From Selaginella moellendorffii (taxonomy: Eukaryota > Plantae > Lycopodiophyta), in contig NW_003314399.1 of assembly GCF_000143415.4 (NCBI RefSeq), forward strand, positions 274,254 through 338,253: a DNA stretch of 64,000 nt. Direction: 5' to 3'. Of this stretch, positions 1-12,681 are shown piece by piece (position 1 is the stretch's first letter; each line of letters opens with the position of its first letter). Position numbers and translations under genes: made by a program. Under the pieces are notes generated by a model. That model made no database searches. It was not told the origin of the DNA and was given only the letters and a program-made list of their open reading frames with translations.

Positions 1-1013
1 TGGACCATCTCAGGATTGCTGCTCCCATTATCGCTCCAAACAGCTGTATAGAAACACCACTTTAGATGGAGAAGCAAAGCCGTATAGATCATGCACACCT
101 GAGCACCAACATATAATCCGGCTCGAAGAAGTGTTTCTTTGCCAGCAACCACGAACGCCAAAGTCACTGCTGGATTTAAGTGACCACCTGATATAGCTCC
201 CGTGGCACCGGCTAGAAAAGCAATCGCAAGACCGTGTCCCAAAGCTATGGCTACCAGCCGTGCAGCGGTCATTCCCGGACCAAGCATTCCTGCAATGTAT
301 TTCTCCACGTAAAGCAAAAATCAGCACCTCAACAAGGAAAACCAAAAGACAAAAGAGTCTAGAATGGAGCCAGAGCTCCTAGATATGGAAGAATTTAGAT
401 ACCTGAAGCAACGACTGAGCCACAGCCAAGGTAGACGAAGAGTAAAGTCCCAAGGAACTCGGCACCGGCTGCTCGCCATTGCTCCTTGGATCGCAGTGTC
501 TTGTGATCGCCAAGCTCCACCTAAATCACGCACACACCCATCGATCACAGGACCCTAGAAGAGGAGAGACCCATTCATTACCTTCATGAAGTTGAGCATG
601 GAGACCATCTTGAGCGCTCCCTCCACCATATGCTGGACGTGCAAATGCTCGTGAGTATTTTGGGGATGAGTGCCGCCAGGCCTCGAAGCCGCCGGTGCCG
701 CCGAGGAAGAAGAAGGAATCGAAGAAGGCGCCATCATCGGCCCTCCCATAACACCGCCGCCGCCAGGGCCGCTGCCAAGACTCCCTCTCATTCCTCCCAT
801 GCCGCCCATTCCTCCCATTCCTTGCATTCCATGGATATTTTGCATCCCTCCCATGCCTGGCATGCCGCCCATACCTCCTCCTCCTCGCGGCGGCATTCCC
901 CCCATTTGCATCCCGCCGCCATAGCTGCCGGCGAAGAAATCTTGATCCGATGACTGCCCCGCGTCTTGGTAATCTAGCTGACCGTATGCGTTCTTGAATC
1001 GCGGATCCATCAT
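1..1013 (-). CDS. Aquaporin/MIP (HIP- or TIP-like), 5' part, runs off the window start
   Basis: Manual splicing of GT-AG exons (~1013-582, ~521-404, ~291-98, ~43-1) gives ...WRAAGAEFLGTLLFVYLGCGSVVAS / GMLGPGMTAARLVAIALGHGLAIAFLAGATGAISGGHLNPAVTLAFVVAGKETLLRAGLYVGAQ / LFGAIMGAAILRW, i.e. AEF motif and SGGHLNPAVT (first NPA box). Exon 1 is a long Gly/Met-rich extension. Confidence 0.9.
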
Positions 1014-1259
1014 CGAAATCTCCCCCCGGCCGCTCACGACTGCGTGGATTCGCGCTCGCGTCTACAACACCACTGCTCCGGCGAGGATCGCCGCCGCGCA
1101 CACCGCTGCTTCATGGGCATTCGAGAGAAAACCCTGCTCGGCGCCAAAATCTTTCGGATTTCGAACGACCTATCCGACCTAGTCAGCCCTAAACCCAAAA
1201 GGGTTGTGACTTTGCCTTTAAGAAAATGTCAAATTTAGTTTGCGAATAACGCACTATTG

Positions 1260-4200
1260 TCAAATTAATGTTTAGAGCATCTTCCATCCCACCAATATTG
1301 ATTATATATATATTATAATTATTTTATTTCTCACATTCAAAAAAATTATTTGCTTGAGGATACCATCATTTTTTTTTTATCCCATACCAACTTAAATATT
1401 AAATTCAACTTATTATATAATATAACTTTTAAAGGAGTTTTTTTCTTTTGGATTTAGTTCGTGTTTTTCCCAAATTGATTGCGTCTACTGATTATTTAAC
1501 TTTTTAATAAATAAAGTTTACTTTAATATTTTTTAATAATTTATTTCAACACTTTCATTAAGTTATTTAGGTGCTATTGCCTTTTAGATGTACTAGAGTT
1601 GCTTATAATTTTATCATTTCACTGGATTACTATTTTTTTTGTTATTATATTTTCCCAAATTAAAGCATTAATACTTTGCTTTTCCTTTCTTATATATTTA
1701 TTAGCACCCAAAGTTTTATGATTTTTTATGTATAATATCATTTAAATTTTCTCCAACATTATTTTTGGCTCATTCTTAGCAAAAACATTATTTAAGTTAA
1801 GCTTATTATTTTTCTTAATAATATTTTTCTTACATAATCTACTGATTGGAAATGCTAGAACTTAAAAAAATTAATAAAAAGGTTTTAGAGTTTTCATTGA
1901 CAGAATAAAAGATATATATTTCTATACAAGCACAAAACCATATAAAAACTATTTATTTAAGTGAGAGAAAAAAAAACTTTAAATATAAAATATATTTTGA
2001 AAATATTTTTATATTTAAATTTTTCATTTGAGAATATCAAAAATAAAAGAGCTCTATATAATATGTTTATCTCTTTCAAAAATTCCGTTTACTTTCTAAA
2101 CAAATCCAAATACCTCTCATGGCTCAACAAATGATGTTATTAATTAAGAAAATGCAAAGCGCTTATGGTATGATCATATACATCAAATATGTAAAAGAAA
2201 AACTTCATGGTATTCCCATTTTTATCGTAAAATGGATAGATTTGCTCAAACACTAAAAGAAAAAAAAAAATGATGCCCATGCCAAACATCTTCAACCCAC
2301 TTAGAGTTTTTTAATCTCCTGTTCCATAACTGAAAAGCCTTATTGTTTATTTTGAGCAAAAGATTTCTTCCAGCCAATCAAAGATCACATAATATCTATA
2401 TAATTATTTAATATTTTAAAATAAATAAAAATTTAATAATTTTTCTGGAATTAGAAATTACTATATAACAATTAATTATAGTTATAGAAAATTTAATAGA
2501 AATTTTAACAAGTTAAATATTTTATACCATTGTATGAAATTTAAATATTTTAATTTTTTACAAGAAAAATCAAAAATTCTCTTGAACAAAATTTAAAATG
2601 TAACTTTAACTCATAATTAAAATTGAGAACATTTAAGAAAAATAACTTCATAAAAGAGTAATGAAAAAACCATTAACAGATTAAAATTGAAAGAAACTTT
2701 TATTTGTTTAGTTACTAAATTTTTATCTAACTTAAAGTGATCTTTATCGATTTTGATAATCTTATTTATAACTTCTATATTGTTGAGAAGTCTTTATCAT
2801 TTAATCAAGAAAAATCAGTCTAAACAATATTAACAACACCAATTATGCTAATGTCATCATTCAGTCACTTATGAGGGTAACACTAAATACAAATAAATAT
2901 TTATAAAGATATATTTAGAAAATATTTTACTTTTCCTAATATTCAGTATGTAATTAATATTAATTATTATTATTTATGATGTGGTAAAAAACATCTTAAA
3001 CAGTATTTAACTTTGAAAATATCTTATATGGTATATATTTATTACTACATATTAACTTTACAATACTTCAAAATTAAGTGTAGTGATTTCAATAAAAATC
3101 AAAGCTAAATATGTTAAAAAAGAAGTATCTATATTGCACTTAACTGAATGTAATAAATCTTTTAATACAATTGCTTAGTCATTACTTAGCTTAGGTAATT
3201 CCAAGAAAATCTTATTTTTATACTTTAAACGATAACCATTAAGTTAAGGGGAAATAATGTCAAGTTGATGTTATATTCAATTGTTATATAATTTAGAATT
3301 AAAATATATTATTATGACATTTTTAATGCATTACATTAATAGAAAATGATTTTTATATAGTTCTTCTAGATGAAATAAATGCATCACAAAACCAAGAAGA
3401 AGTAAAAACATTCAGTAGTGACATTATTTATTCCATATCTATAGCATATTAAAATTTAATTATGAAAATATTATATATATGATTAATTATAGAAAACTTG
3501 GATAAGTAAATATTGTGGATAAATATGTATATAAATAAAACATGGAGCTAAATAAATTATATTTTCTAGTACTAAAAACATAGATTTTCTTTAAGATTAA
3601 GTTTGAGTTAAATATATTGAAGTGAAAGTCCAAAAATACTAAAGTTAATGTGATATATTAGGAAAATATTACAAAGAAAAGGAATTACATTCCTACTGAA
3701 GTATAAAATATTATATGGAGACATGAGTATGAATATTGGATAGACAAAAGATCTTTTGGATGATCAATATGCAATATCATCTCCACTTTTATATTTCACA
3801 GAAATATTTGTAAAAGCTCAAGAAATCAAAAGACACTACAAACAATAATATTATTTTGAGGTTTTGTGCATTACTCTTGAATTTTGTAAATGGAATCTAC
3901 CTAACTGGGAATGTTGTAAGGAAAGAATTTTTTTTTTTGGAAAACTCAAAGAAAATTAACAAAGATCTCAAAACTTCCTATGACTAGCAATACATCCTAA
4001 AGTTGCACTATATATTACATCCAAAAGAATAAAAACCAAGAAAAATCATCTTATAGATAAATATGATATTTACAAATCTACACTTTGCTTTGCTCCAAAT
4101 TTAATAAATAGCATTTTAATCATTAGCAAAGTTGGACACAAAAATAAATTGATAAATTTGATTTAAGTTGAGTGTAGTTATGCATAATTAAAATGGTTAA

Positions 4201-4560
4201 ACTTTTCCCTCTTCTCTTTGTCATTGTGCTACTAGAAACCCTCTCCCTTTTAGTTTAGATTTCTCCCAAATCCCAATAAACAATTGGATACAAAAGTACA
4301 AGATCAAGAAAAAATATAGAAAAGAACAAGTCCGAAATTAAACACATTTTTTTTGTAAGTGCATGCTTGTGTACTTTTGATCATATCTATGATGAAGAAA
4401 AAAAAGATTATAAGCATTTCAGTTTTAATTATTTACTTACCTATCACTCAAGTTAGTGACATCATCTTTTTGAATGGATGGAAACCCTAAACCCTAAATT
4501 AAATATAATGATAAAAAAATGTATTTAAGACTCCCTTTATGAGAAATATAAACTTATATA
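1260..4560. other. Very AT-rich, ORF-free block, probably decayed transposon DNA
   Basis: Sharp composition change from the GC-rich gene; no ORF >=60 aa; CpG-poor; no family recognisable. Confidence 0.4.
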
Positions 4561-4562
4561 TA

Positions 4563-4737
4563 TATAAATGCATGGAATATGGAAAGGGAATACAGAAATG
4601 TGCATATTAATTAGCCCAAAAACCCTAGCTTATATACAGGAGCGAGTGGTCCAGATTGAAACCAATCCGACGGCTACCAAAATCCCACTACGCTAATATT
4701 AGTATACAGCATCATAACCGTACACTTGGCACTCACA
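4563..4737 (-). repeat. 3' LTR of the gypsy element
   Basis: Direct repeat of 9315-9479; ends CACTCACA on + strand; adjacent polypurine tract GAGAGGAAGGGATGA (minus strand, 4738-4752). Confidence 0.9.
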
Positions 4738-7700
4738 TCATCCCTTCCTCTCGGGATAATGGAAGACCATCAAGGTTCTTTTAAAGATGGGCCAGGATCC
4801 GGAGGAACGTTAGGAGGAGGCATTAGTGGATCTGTAGGTGGTATTAACTCCTCCTGATCCCTTTGTACGAAGCGTTTCAGCCGTTGCACATGCACAATAT
4901 CTGGAGGTTCGGCCTGTTGAACATCATATCGAACCTCATAAACTTGTGGTCCAACTTGCCGCAACACCCTATACAATCCTTTCCATTGCGCAAGAAGCCC
5001 CTTAGATAAACCACGTACCGTAAGATGGGGAAAACGGATTAACACCAAATCATCCACTTTGTACTCTGCAGGTGGACGATGATAGGAGTTGTAGCACCGT
5101 TGTTGTCCCGCTTGTACGCGGCCTAAATGTTCGGCAGACTCTGCTCGGACAAGTGGAAGAATGCTCGTCAAATACTGATCCCATGATCTAGCATCAGCAG
5201 CTCGTGGCAATCGCGAAGGTAAACCCAGTTCCGTTGGTAATATTAGATCATGACCATATAGGAGTTTATATGGTGAAGCACCAACAGAACTCTGCACCCC
5301 TGTAACATATGCATACCGAAGTGACGGCAAATAACCATCCCAATCCGAATGTTGAAAGTTCACATACTTCGCAATCATCCCTTTGAATGTCCGGACGAAC
5401 CGTTCCACCAGACCGTCTGATTGTGGATGATAAGCACTCATGAAAGTGTGGCATATCCTTAACTGAGACGTCAAAACATGAAATGCCTCAGCCATAAATG
5501 CGGGACCATAATCTGAAAGAATCCACTCTGGACAAGAATGCTGGAACACCACTCGATTGAGGAGGAAGTAGCCAACAGCAGTTGCAGAGGCGCTAGCAAG
5601 AGCACCAACTTCCACCCAACGAGTCAAGTAGTCAGAAGCAATAATAACATACTCATTGCCAGCAGTCGACCGTGGAAAAGGTCCCATAAGATCAAACGCC
5701 ACTAACTCAAACGGACGGCAAACCGCAATTGACTCCAACCGTCCTTCTGCAGCACGAGGGGGAGTATTACGAGCTTCACACCAAACGCAGTTACGCACAT
5801 ACCGGATAATATCACGTCGCATCTCCGGCCAATAGAAAGACCTGCGCAGCTTCTCGGTGACACGACGGTGTCCTATATGCCCACCTAGAACAGGAGAATC
5901 ATGGTAGGCATGGAGAAACCGCGGAATAAACACCGAAGGCACCACCAGCCGTAAATGATCATCAGGATCCGTCCCCACAAAATAAAGAAGGCCATCTTCA
6001 AAGCGATATTGAGAATGTAAATGCCGGAAAGGCAAGTCATCAGCAAGTGAGGCAAGATTCTCAAACCCATCTCGAAGCCTTCGAATCCACGGCTCAATCT
6101 TTTGAGCCTCGTGAACCTTATCAAGAGAAGGTAGATCTTGCTCTGCGCCTTGTGGACACTAAACTTCAAGGACAGCAACCGCCAACGGCACAGAATCCTC
6201 ATCTAGAAAAAGGGCATCAGCATTAGCCATAGAACTCCCTGGGCGATGAACAACATCGAAATCATATATCTGAAGCTTTAAAGCCCATCGAGCCATACGA
6301 CCAACCAGGTTCTTCCACTTCAATAATGAAGTAACTGCAGCATGGTCACCTTCAAGTAACGTCCGAGAACAATGTAAATATGCATTAAGTTTCTCGAAAC
6401 CCCAGACTGCTGCTAAACACTCCTTCTCCGTCGTGGAGTAGTTCATCTCTGCTGGTTGTAATGTACGGCTTATGTATGCAATGGGATGGCGCTGACCAGG
6501 CACACTCGAGCTCTCTTGCATCAACACACCTCCAAGACCAATGTCAGAAGCATCCACGCGCAAAATAAAAGGTCGAGTGTAGTCAGGATATGCCAAAACT
6601 GGAGGAGTCGTCAATAGCTCTTTGAGATCCACGAACGCCCGCTCACAATCCGGAGACCACATGAAAGATGATGTTGATGATTTCAGCAACGCTCGCAATG
6701 GTGTAGTGCGATCGGAAAGATGATCCACAAAATGACCGAGATACTGCACCTTACCCAAGAAGCACTGCACATCATTCACACACTTTGGAGTAGGGAACTT
6801 TAAAACAGCCACAAGTTTGTCAGGATCAACTTGCAAACCCTCACGAGATATACAGTACCTAAGATAAGTTGTGTCCTTGGACCCAAACACGCACTTTGAC
6901 TGCTTCAGCTTTAAACCAACGTCACGTAGCTGATCCAACACTTTACAAACATCACGAACGTGCTCCTCCCACGTCCCCTCCGAGTGGATCAAGACATCAT
7001 CAATGAAGTCAGTAGTCACCTCCGGCATATCACAAAGAACCTCGTCCATCATCCGCTGGAAAGTTGCTGGAGCATTGTTCAAACCAAACGGCATCACCAA
7101 GAACTCGTACAAACCAAATGGTGTACGAAAAGCAGTCTTAAGAATATCTTCTTCGGCCATCGGTACTTGCCAATACCCAGAAGCAAGATCTAGCTTGGTG
7201 AACCAATGACTTCGCCCCAGACGATCCAAGAGATCAACAGTGTGAGGAAGAGGATACACATTTGGGATCGTCACTTCGTTTAACGGACGATAGTCGATGC
7301 AGAAACGAATACTCCCATCAGGCTTCGTCACAAGATGAGGTTCATATGCCCAAGGACTCTGCAATTTCCAAATAACACCCTTCTCTAGCATTTCCTTGAC
7401 GTTCGCTCGTAAAATCTTGATCTCCTTAGGTGACCGATGATGAACAGGAACCTTGATTGGACGAGCATCCCTGGTTGGAATCGGATGACGTGTGGCAATC
7501 TTGGCCCCAGACGATAGGTCAAATTCAAAGAGATCAGAATACTCCTTCATGAGCCGGTCAACTACTGCAACACAAAGATCGTCGGAGGGATCAGAAAAGG
7601 GAAAAGCAGAACAAGATGGAAACACAGAAGGAAAGAGTGGGGGAACAAAAGTAATGGAAGCAGAGGTAGAAGTAGAGGGACGAAGAGGTATGGAAGTGAG

Positions 7701-9297
7701 AGGAATGGATGAAACATAAGGAAGTATGAGACAAGGGGGAGAAGCCTCAAAGTCACACTTGGCATGATTGCGTTGCAACCAATCTATACCAAGAATGAGG
7801 TCAAAAGCTTGACTCGGCACCACCCACAACGACTACAACTCAAGCTCAAGATCGCCCACACGCACAACCAGGTCCACCTCATCCCGTGCACATGCATGTG
7901 TACGGCCGTTGCCATAAAGAATGAAAACTGGTTCCGCCGCACGACGCAAGTGTAGACAACAACGTGTGGCAACAGGTCGAGCAATAGAAGATAAACTTGA
8001 ACCTGTATCAACCAACACGGAGAGAATAATAGGAGACCTCTTGTTATAAAAACGAGCTTGGAAAGTAAACACTGGATGAACCGGTGCCGAGTGAACCCCT
8101 TGATGATACTCCCGAAAGAAAGATGGAGGGGTCACTGATTTATTCGCGCAAGGTCCCTCCGTTACTCGCGTGACTCCTCGTTTCCCGGAGGCATCTCGGT
8201 GTTCAGACCTTCCACTGCAACAGCACCCACGGGACGTTGCTGACGCCAAGGTCTCCACCCAAGAAATGGAGGTCGCCAATCCGGAAAACGACGGCAATGC
8301 CGATAAGTATGACCAACTTCATCACACGCCCAGCAGCGAACATCACAGCCACGACCACGTCCTCACGCTTGTCCTTGGACTCGAGCAGCAGCAACATCAA
8401 CCTCTATTGGAACAGGACCATCACCCATAGGAAGTGGAGCGGAAGGACGTGCAGTGAGAAGTGGAAAAGGCGACGTCTCATAACGTTGTGCCAAGTGAAG
8501 AGCATCGTCAAGGGTGGCAGGAGCAAGTGCATGCACAAGTCCGACAAGATCTTGACGAAGTGCTGGCCACAACATTCCTAGCTTGATCCACTCCGACATA
8601 TTTGGCTCCGCACGAAGCAAAAGACTTCGGAAACAAACACCAAATTGCATCACCGACTCAGATGGCCCTTGGCGAAGATGATGTAATTGTTGGAAAGCAT
8701 CATCACAATCATTGGCATGTCCGAAGGTGCGTTTGAAGACGTCCAGGAGAACACTCCAATCCCCACGAGTGGCTGCGCTCAAACCATTGTACCACTACAA
8801 CGCCGTCCCTTGGAGACACGTGGGAAACTCACGCAAACATCGAGCATCATCCCAAGAATGATATGTGGCAATCACCGTGAAGTGATCGAACCAATGGTAC
8901 ACATCATCCCCAGGATTCCCGCAAAAGAACTCCGGCCAAACGTGAGGATTGGCACCAAGAACAAGAGGAGTTGTACCACGTGCTGTGAACGCCACCATCA
9001 ATTAAGTTTGGTTGTTCAATTGCAAGCGCATAGCATCAAGCAATTGTACCAACTGCTGCTCTAGAGTCAAAGGAGGAGATTGCTGATCTGCCATGAAGAT
9101 GAACGAAAAAGAAAGAGCAAAAGAAGAGCTAGAAGGAAATGGTAGATCTAGACAACGCAAAAAGCTAGATTTAAACCAAACCCCTGAAAAAAAAAAACAA
9201 AAGAAAGAAAATGAAAAAAGCTAGATCTAGACGATGCAAAAGCTAAATCTAAACCAAAATCCCAAATCCAAACACTTATTAGGGACAATCAAAGGTG

Positions 9298-9313
9298 CCC
9301 CTCACCTCCACCA
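9298..9313 (-). promoter_or_regulatory. Primer binding site, tRNA-Ala-like
   Basis: Minus strand TGGTGGAGGTGAGGGG immediately inside the 5' LTR; complementary to a tRNA 3' end ...CTCCACCA typical of tRNA-Ala. Confidence 0.7.
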
Positions 9314-9314
9314 A

Positions 9315-9479
9315 TGTGAGTGTATAGAATATGGAAAGGGAATACAGAAATGTACATATTAATTAGCCCAAAAACCCTAACTTATATACAGGAGCGAGTG
9401 GTTCAGATTAAAACCAATCCGACGGCTACCAAAAGTCCCACTACGCTAATTTTAGTATACGGTACACTTGGCACTCATA
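9315..9479 (-). repeat. 5' LTR of the gypsy element
   Basis: Begins TGTGAGTG, ends CACTCATA (terminal inverted repeat); followed by (TA)n; aligns with 4563-4737 with about a dozen substitutions and small indels. Confidence 0.9.
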
Positions 9480-11899
9480 TATATATATATATACAGTGGT
9501 ATATAATTGTGAATAAGTTGCATATTTTTCATTATTTTTTTTGAAACTTCCCATATATCTTAAAATAATTAGAGTCACCTACTGCAATCTTTTCAATGTT
9601 TACACCCATTGGTGCAAATTCTAATGCACTACTATAATTTTGTATTAAATCTTTAAAATTAATTCTCTTTGGATAAAGCATGGAAAAGGATGTGATTTTG
9701 CAATTGCTATTCTCTCATCACAACAAGAATTGAAAACACTTTCCATCATTCAAAAAGGGCCTTAAAATGTATGCATTATTTTTCCATCTTACCAAGAATG
9801 TTGCTCACATTTACCATTTTCATTCTCTGACATTAAACCTATGTTGTTTTTTTGTTTTGTTTTTTTTTTTTTTTTGTCTCCTGCCCTACTAGGAATCATA
9901 TGACAGGAATTGCCAATAGTAGACAGACTATCACGGATTTCACATATTCTACAGTTATTTTTTTTCTCACATTAGTTTTCAAACAAATCCCTGCAGAGGT
10001 ATATATTCTTCTTTATTACATGTAGCATCTTCTACAATCACATCACCTTCTAAAATGGCATCCATATTTTTTTACTTTCTCTTGCGACCCATTCCCAGTA
10101 GGGTATTCCAAATTTATATTTCTATTGTTCATAAGCAAGTGCAAGTTCTCTAGATTTCAGTAAAGCAGAATAGCATAGATTGGTGATAGATCTGTTTTAG
10201 ATCATAGATGTTTCTTATTGGTAAGAGGTTTTTTCTTTGTATTCAAGCAAACGTAACAATAGCACAATAGAATAGAGATTCCTTGAATTTGCTCTTCTTG
10301 CACGTTTCTTGATGCAAAATCCACAATTCTAGTGTTCTTAAGACATTTTTTTTCATATAACCGTACAAAACTCTTTACAAGAATAAACAAACACTAAACT
10401 GTACATATCTAGTTACATGATTGGTTTACCTTCCCGGAGTGATGGCCACCAGGATTACACATTTTCTAATTGCACCATAACCACAGCATAGTTCTCGAAC
10501 CTGGCAGTCTCGCCCAGACATTTTACATGATATTGCCCATACTGGACATAAGCCGAAAGCAAGCAATTCATGCACACGTCCCAATCGAGCATCATCGTTT
10601 CCACAAGATTATGAGAACTTTATTTTATACAAGAAAGAACTTTCTATGGAGTCCATGAATTTGAAAAGGGAGACGTTGCTGGCTGATGATAGCATGAATC
10701 CATTCAAGCTCACCAAGTCTTGGTGCTTGATGTGGCCGAGAACTGCAAGTTCCATCTCAAACTCGTGTATGTTTTGCGAGTGGTGATTTTAAAGCCATTT
10801 GGTCGCTGCTTTCTTGTGGTAATTCATGTGGGAGCAATGATCAACCACCAACTTGAGCATCATCTTTCTCACTGGTCCTCTAAAGCTTCAACAAGCTGTT
10901 AAGAACTGTGGATTACAGTGAAGGCTCATTACATGCGTGTTATGGTATATTGCAATCCCAACATTGTGGAATTAATCAATGGAAGAGCCAACTATATCAT
11001 TGACTACATTATGAAATTTTTAGTGCCTATCACTCTAAAGTCTTGATGCTGATGCTTGTGGTTTAGGCTGCATGTCCCTCCCTTTGGAATTCTATATCCT
11101 CTAAAATATCAACACTTTATGGGATCATAGTTACTAAGGATTCTCCCACCAGTCCTATCTCACCATCTATAATAATTTTGTCCACCTTGCCACACCAGTC
11201 AAACCACATTTCGATGTTTCCACCCTTTCCAATACAGATTTGAGTGGGGATGTTTGTTCCTGGTGATGCCACTGGACTTATAGCAGGTGAAGAGCAGGAA
11301 TCTGCCCACTATGAAGCACGAGACCGATGGATGCAAAGAATGCAAAGTGGATCAGTGTTTGAGCGTTGACTTTCTCCCAGGTTCTGCTCTGCCGTTGATC
11401 CCACTGCTTGCATCTGCTCGTAAGGAGAAACTTATGAGAAGAATTTACCACAAGAAAAAACAGAAAGACCTCTCCAACACCAAGCCCGAAACTGAGTAGC
11501 AATGTCAAATCGAGTTTTATCACCACTGAGTTGCTGCTGCTTCCTTGGAAGAATCACACTAGGCAATTGCCATCAAACCTCTCTAGTATTAAAGAATTCA
11601 CAACTTGGAGAGATGATTCAATACTCATTCTCATCCAAACCGCGAGGTTTTGCCGGAGGAGCTCCATGATCCGGCTGATTTCCTTCCCCCGATGCAACTT
11701 TGGCCTGTGCCTCGTCAATAGCCTGAGAAAACAATCCAAGAGGCTTAGCACAAGAAACAACGTAAGCGGGCATACCTTCTGTGCCACAAAACAAGCCCAA
11801 TCCAGAGAGTTGAGATGCTCGAAGCAAAACGCCGACAAGTCCAGTCGGAAGGGGTGAGTCGGAGGAAGCTCCGCAAAAGCATGCTCCCGTCGTATGTTG

Positions 11900-12105
11900 A
11901 GCAAAAAAATTGCAACGAGGACACCATCAAGGCCTTTCTTGCTCTCGTTGACACACACCTCATGTCGACGTCCTCAACCGGCGAGTCGTTGGTCTTGTAT
12001 CTCAAGATGACGGCCGACTACAATCGCTACCTCGCCGATTTGAAGACCGGCCAACAACGCCAAGAGGCCGAACAAGCCACCCTCATGGCCTTCCAGGTCG
12101 CCCAG
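11900..12105 (+). pseudogene. 14-3-3 protein gene fragment
   Basis: LVDTHLMSTSSTGESLVLYLKMTADYNRYLADLKTGQQRQEAEQATLMAFQVAQ matches the 14-3-3 core ([35 protein letters not shown].AQ), ending at a GT donor; no N- or C-terminal 14-3-3 exons seen; upstream frame has stops. Confidence 0.75.
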
Positions 12106-12681
12106 GTATTTTTTATTTTATGGTTTTCATAGCTCTTTTCTTTTGGTTTTGACAACATCTGGTTTTGAATGTGTCAGCAACCCACTTCTCGCTCTCCCTG
12201 CCGCCATGCATTTCAGCAAATACCGCCCGTCTTTCTCCAACCTGGAGAACTCTCTCAGAGATTGTTAAGATACGGGCAGCTTTGATGGCGCTTGTCAACA
12301 ATGCTCTCAATTCTGGGGCTTGGAACATATCCTTCTTCACCAGCAAGCTCTGCTATGTATTCCCCTTTGCGACCAGCCATCCTATACAGTCCCAAGCGAT
12401 TCAGGCCATCACTCATGTCACCCCTCTTGACTCTTCTTTAAGAAAAGCCCGTACCACTCTATCATACTCACCGTCCAATGCCAAGCAGAAGGTGGTAACC
12501 TCTGAAGCATCTAGCTTCTCCTGTAAAACATCCTAAACACGTTCTGGAAACATTTTAATTTCCTACCCTTAAGGTTGTAAGAATGACTAACATGGATGCC
12601 TATCAGAAAAGGCTTAACTCAAAAACTATCCATATAAAGTTTTATTTTTGATAAATCTCACTATCTATCTCTATCATCTAT

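Larger units (their letters stand above)
4563..9479 (-). mobile_element. Ty3/gypsy LTR retrotransposon, structurally complete, inactivated by nonsense mutations; no chromodomain seen
   Basis: Two ~170 bp LTRs, PBS, PPT; domain order gag (CWACDEVGHTYRHC zinc knuckle) - protease (VLVDTGSS) - RT (RFCIDYRPLN, KLDLASGYWQ, MPFGLNNAPATFQR, FIDD) - RNase H (DAS, YSTTEKECLA) - integrase (HHCC, YHPQSDGLVER, WKGLY); in-frame stops at ~8795, 8363, 7833, 6159. Confidence 0.95.

Noticed and set aside
526-1101. Overlapping ORFs (191 aa minus; Pro-rich plus-strand ORFs)
   Set aside because: Alternative-frame shadows of the GC-rich aquaporin exon 1.
3480-3640. Possible hAT dimerisation-domain relic in the AT-rich block
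   Set aside because: Similarity too weak to support by eye.
4482-4498. AAACCCTAAACCCTAAA as a telomere remnant
   Set aside because: Only two units; such telo-motifs are common in plant DNA.
11075-11110. FRGYRIPKG on the minus strand, cytochrome P450-like
   Set aside because: Nine residues with no supporting EXXR/PERF/heme motifs nearby.
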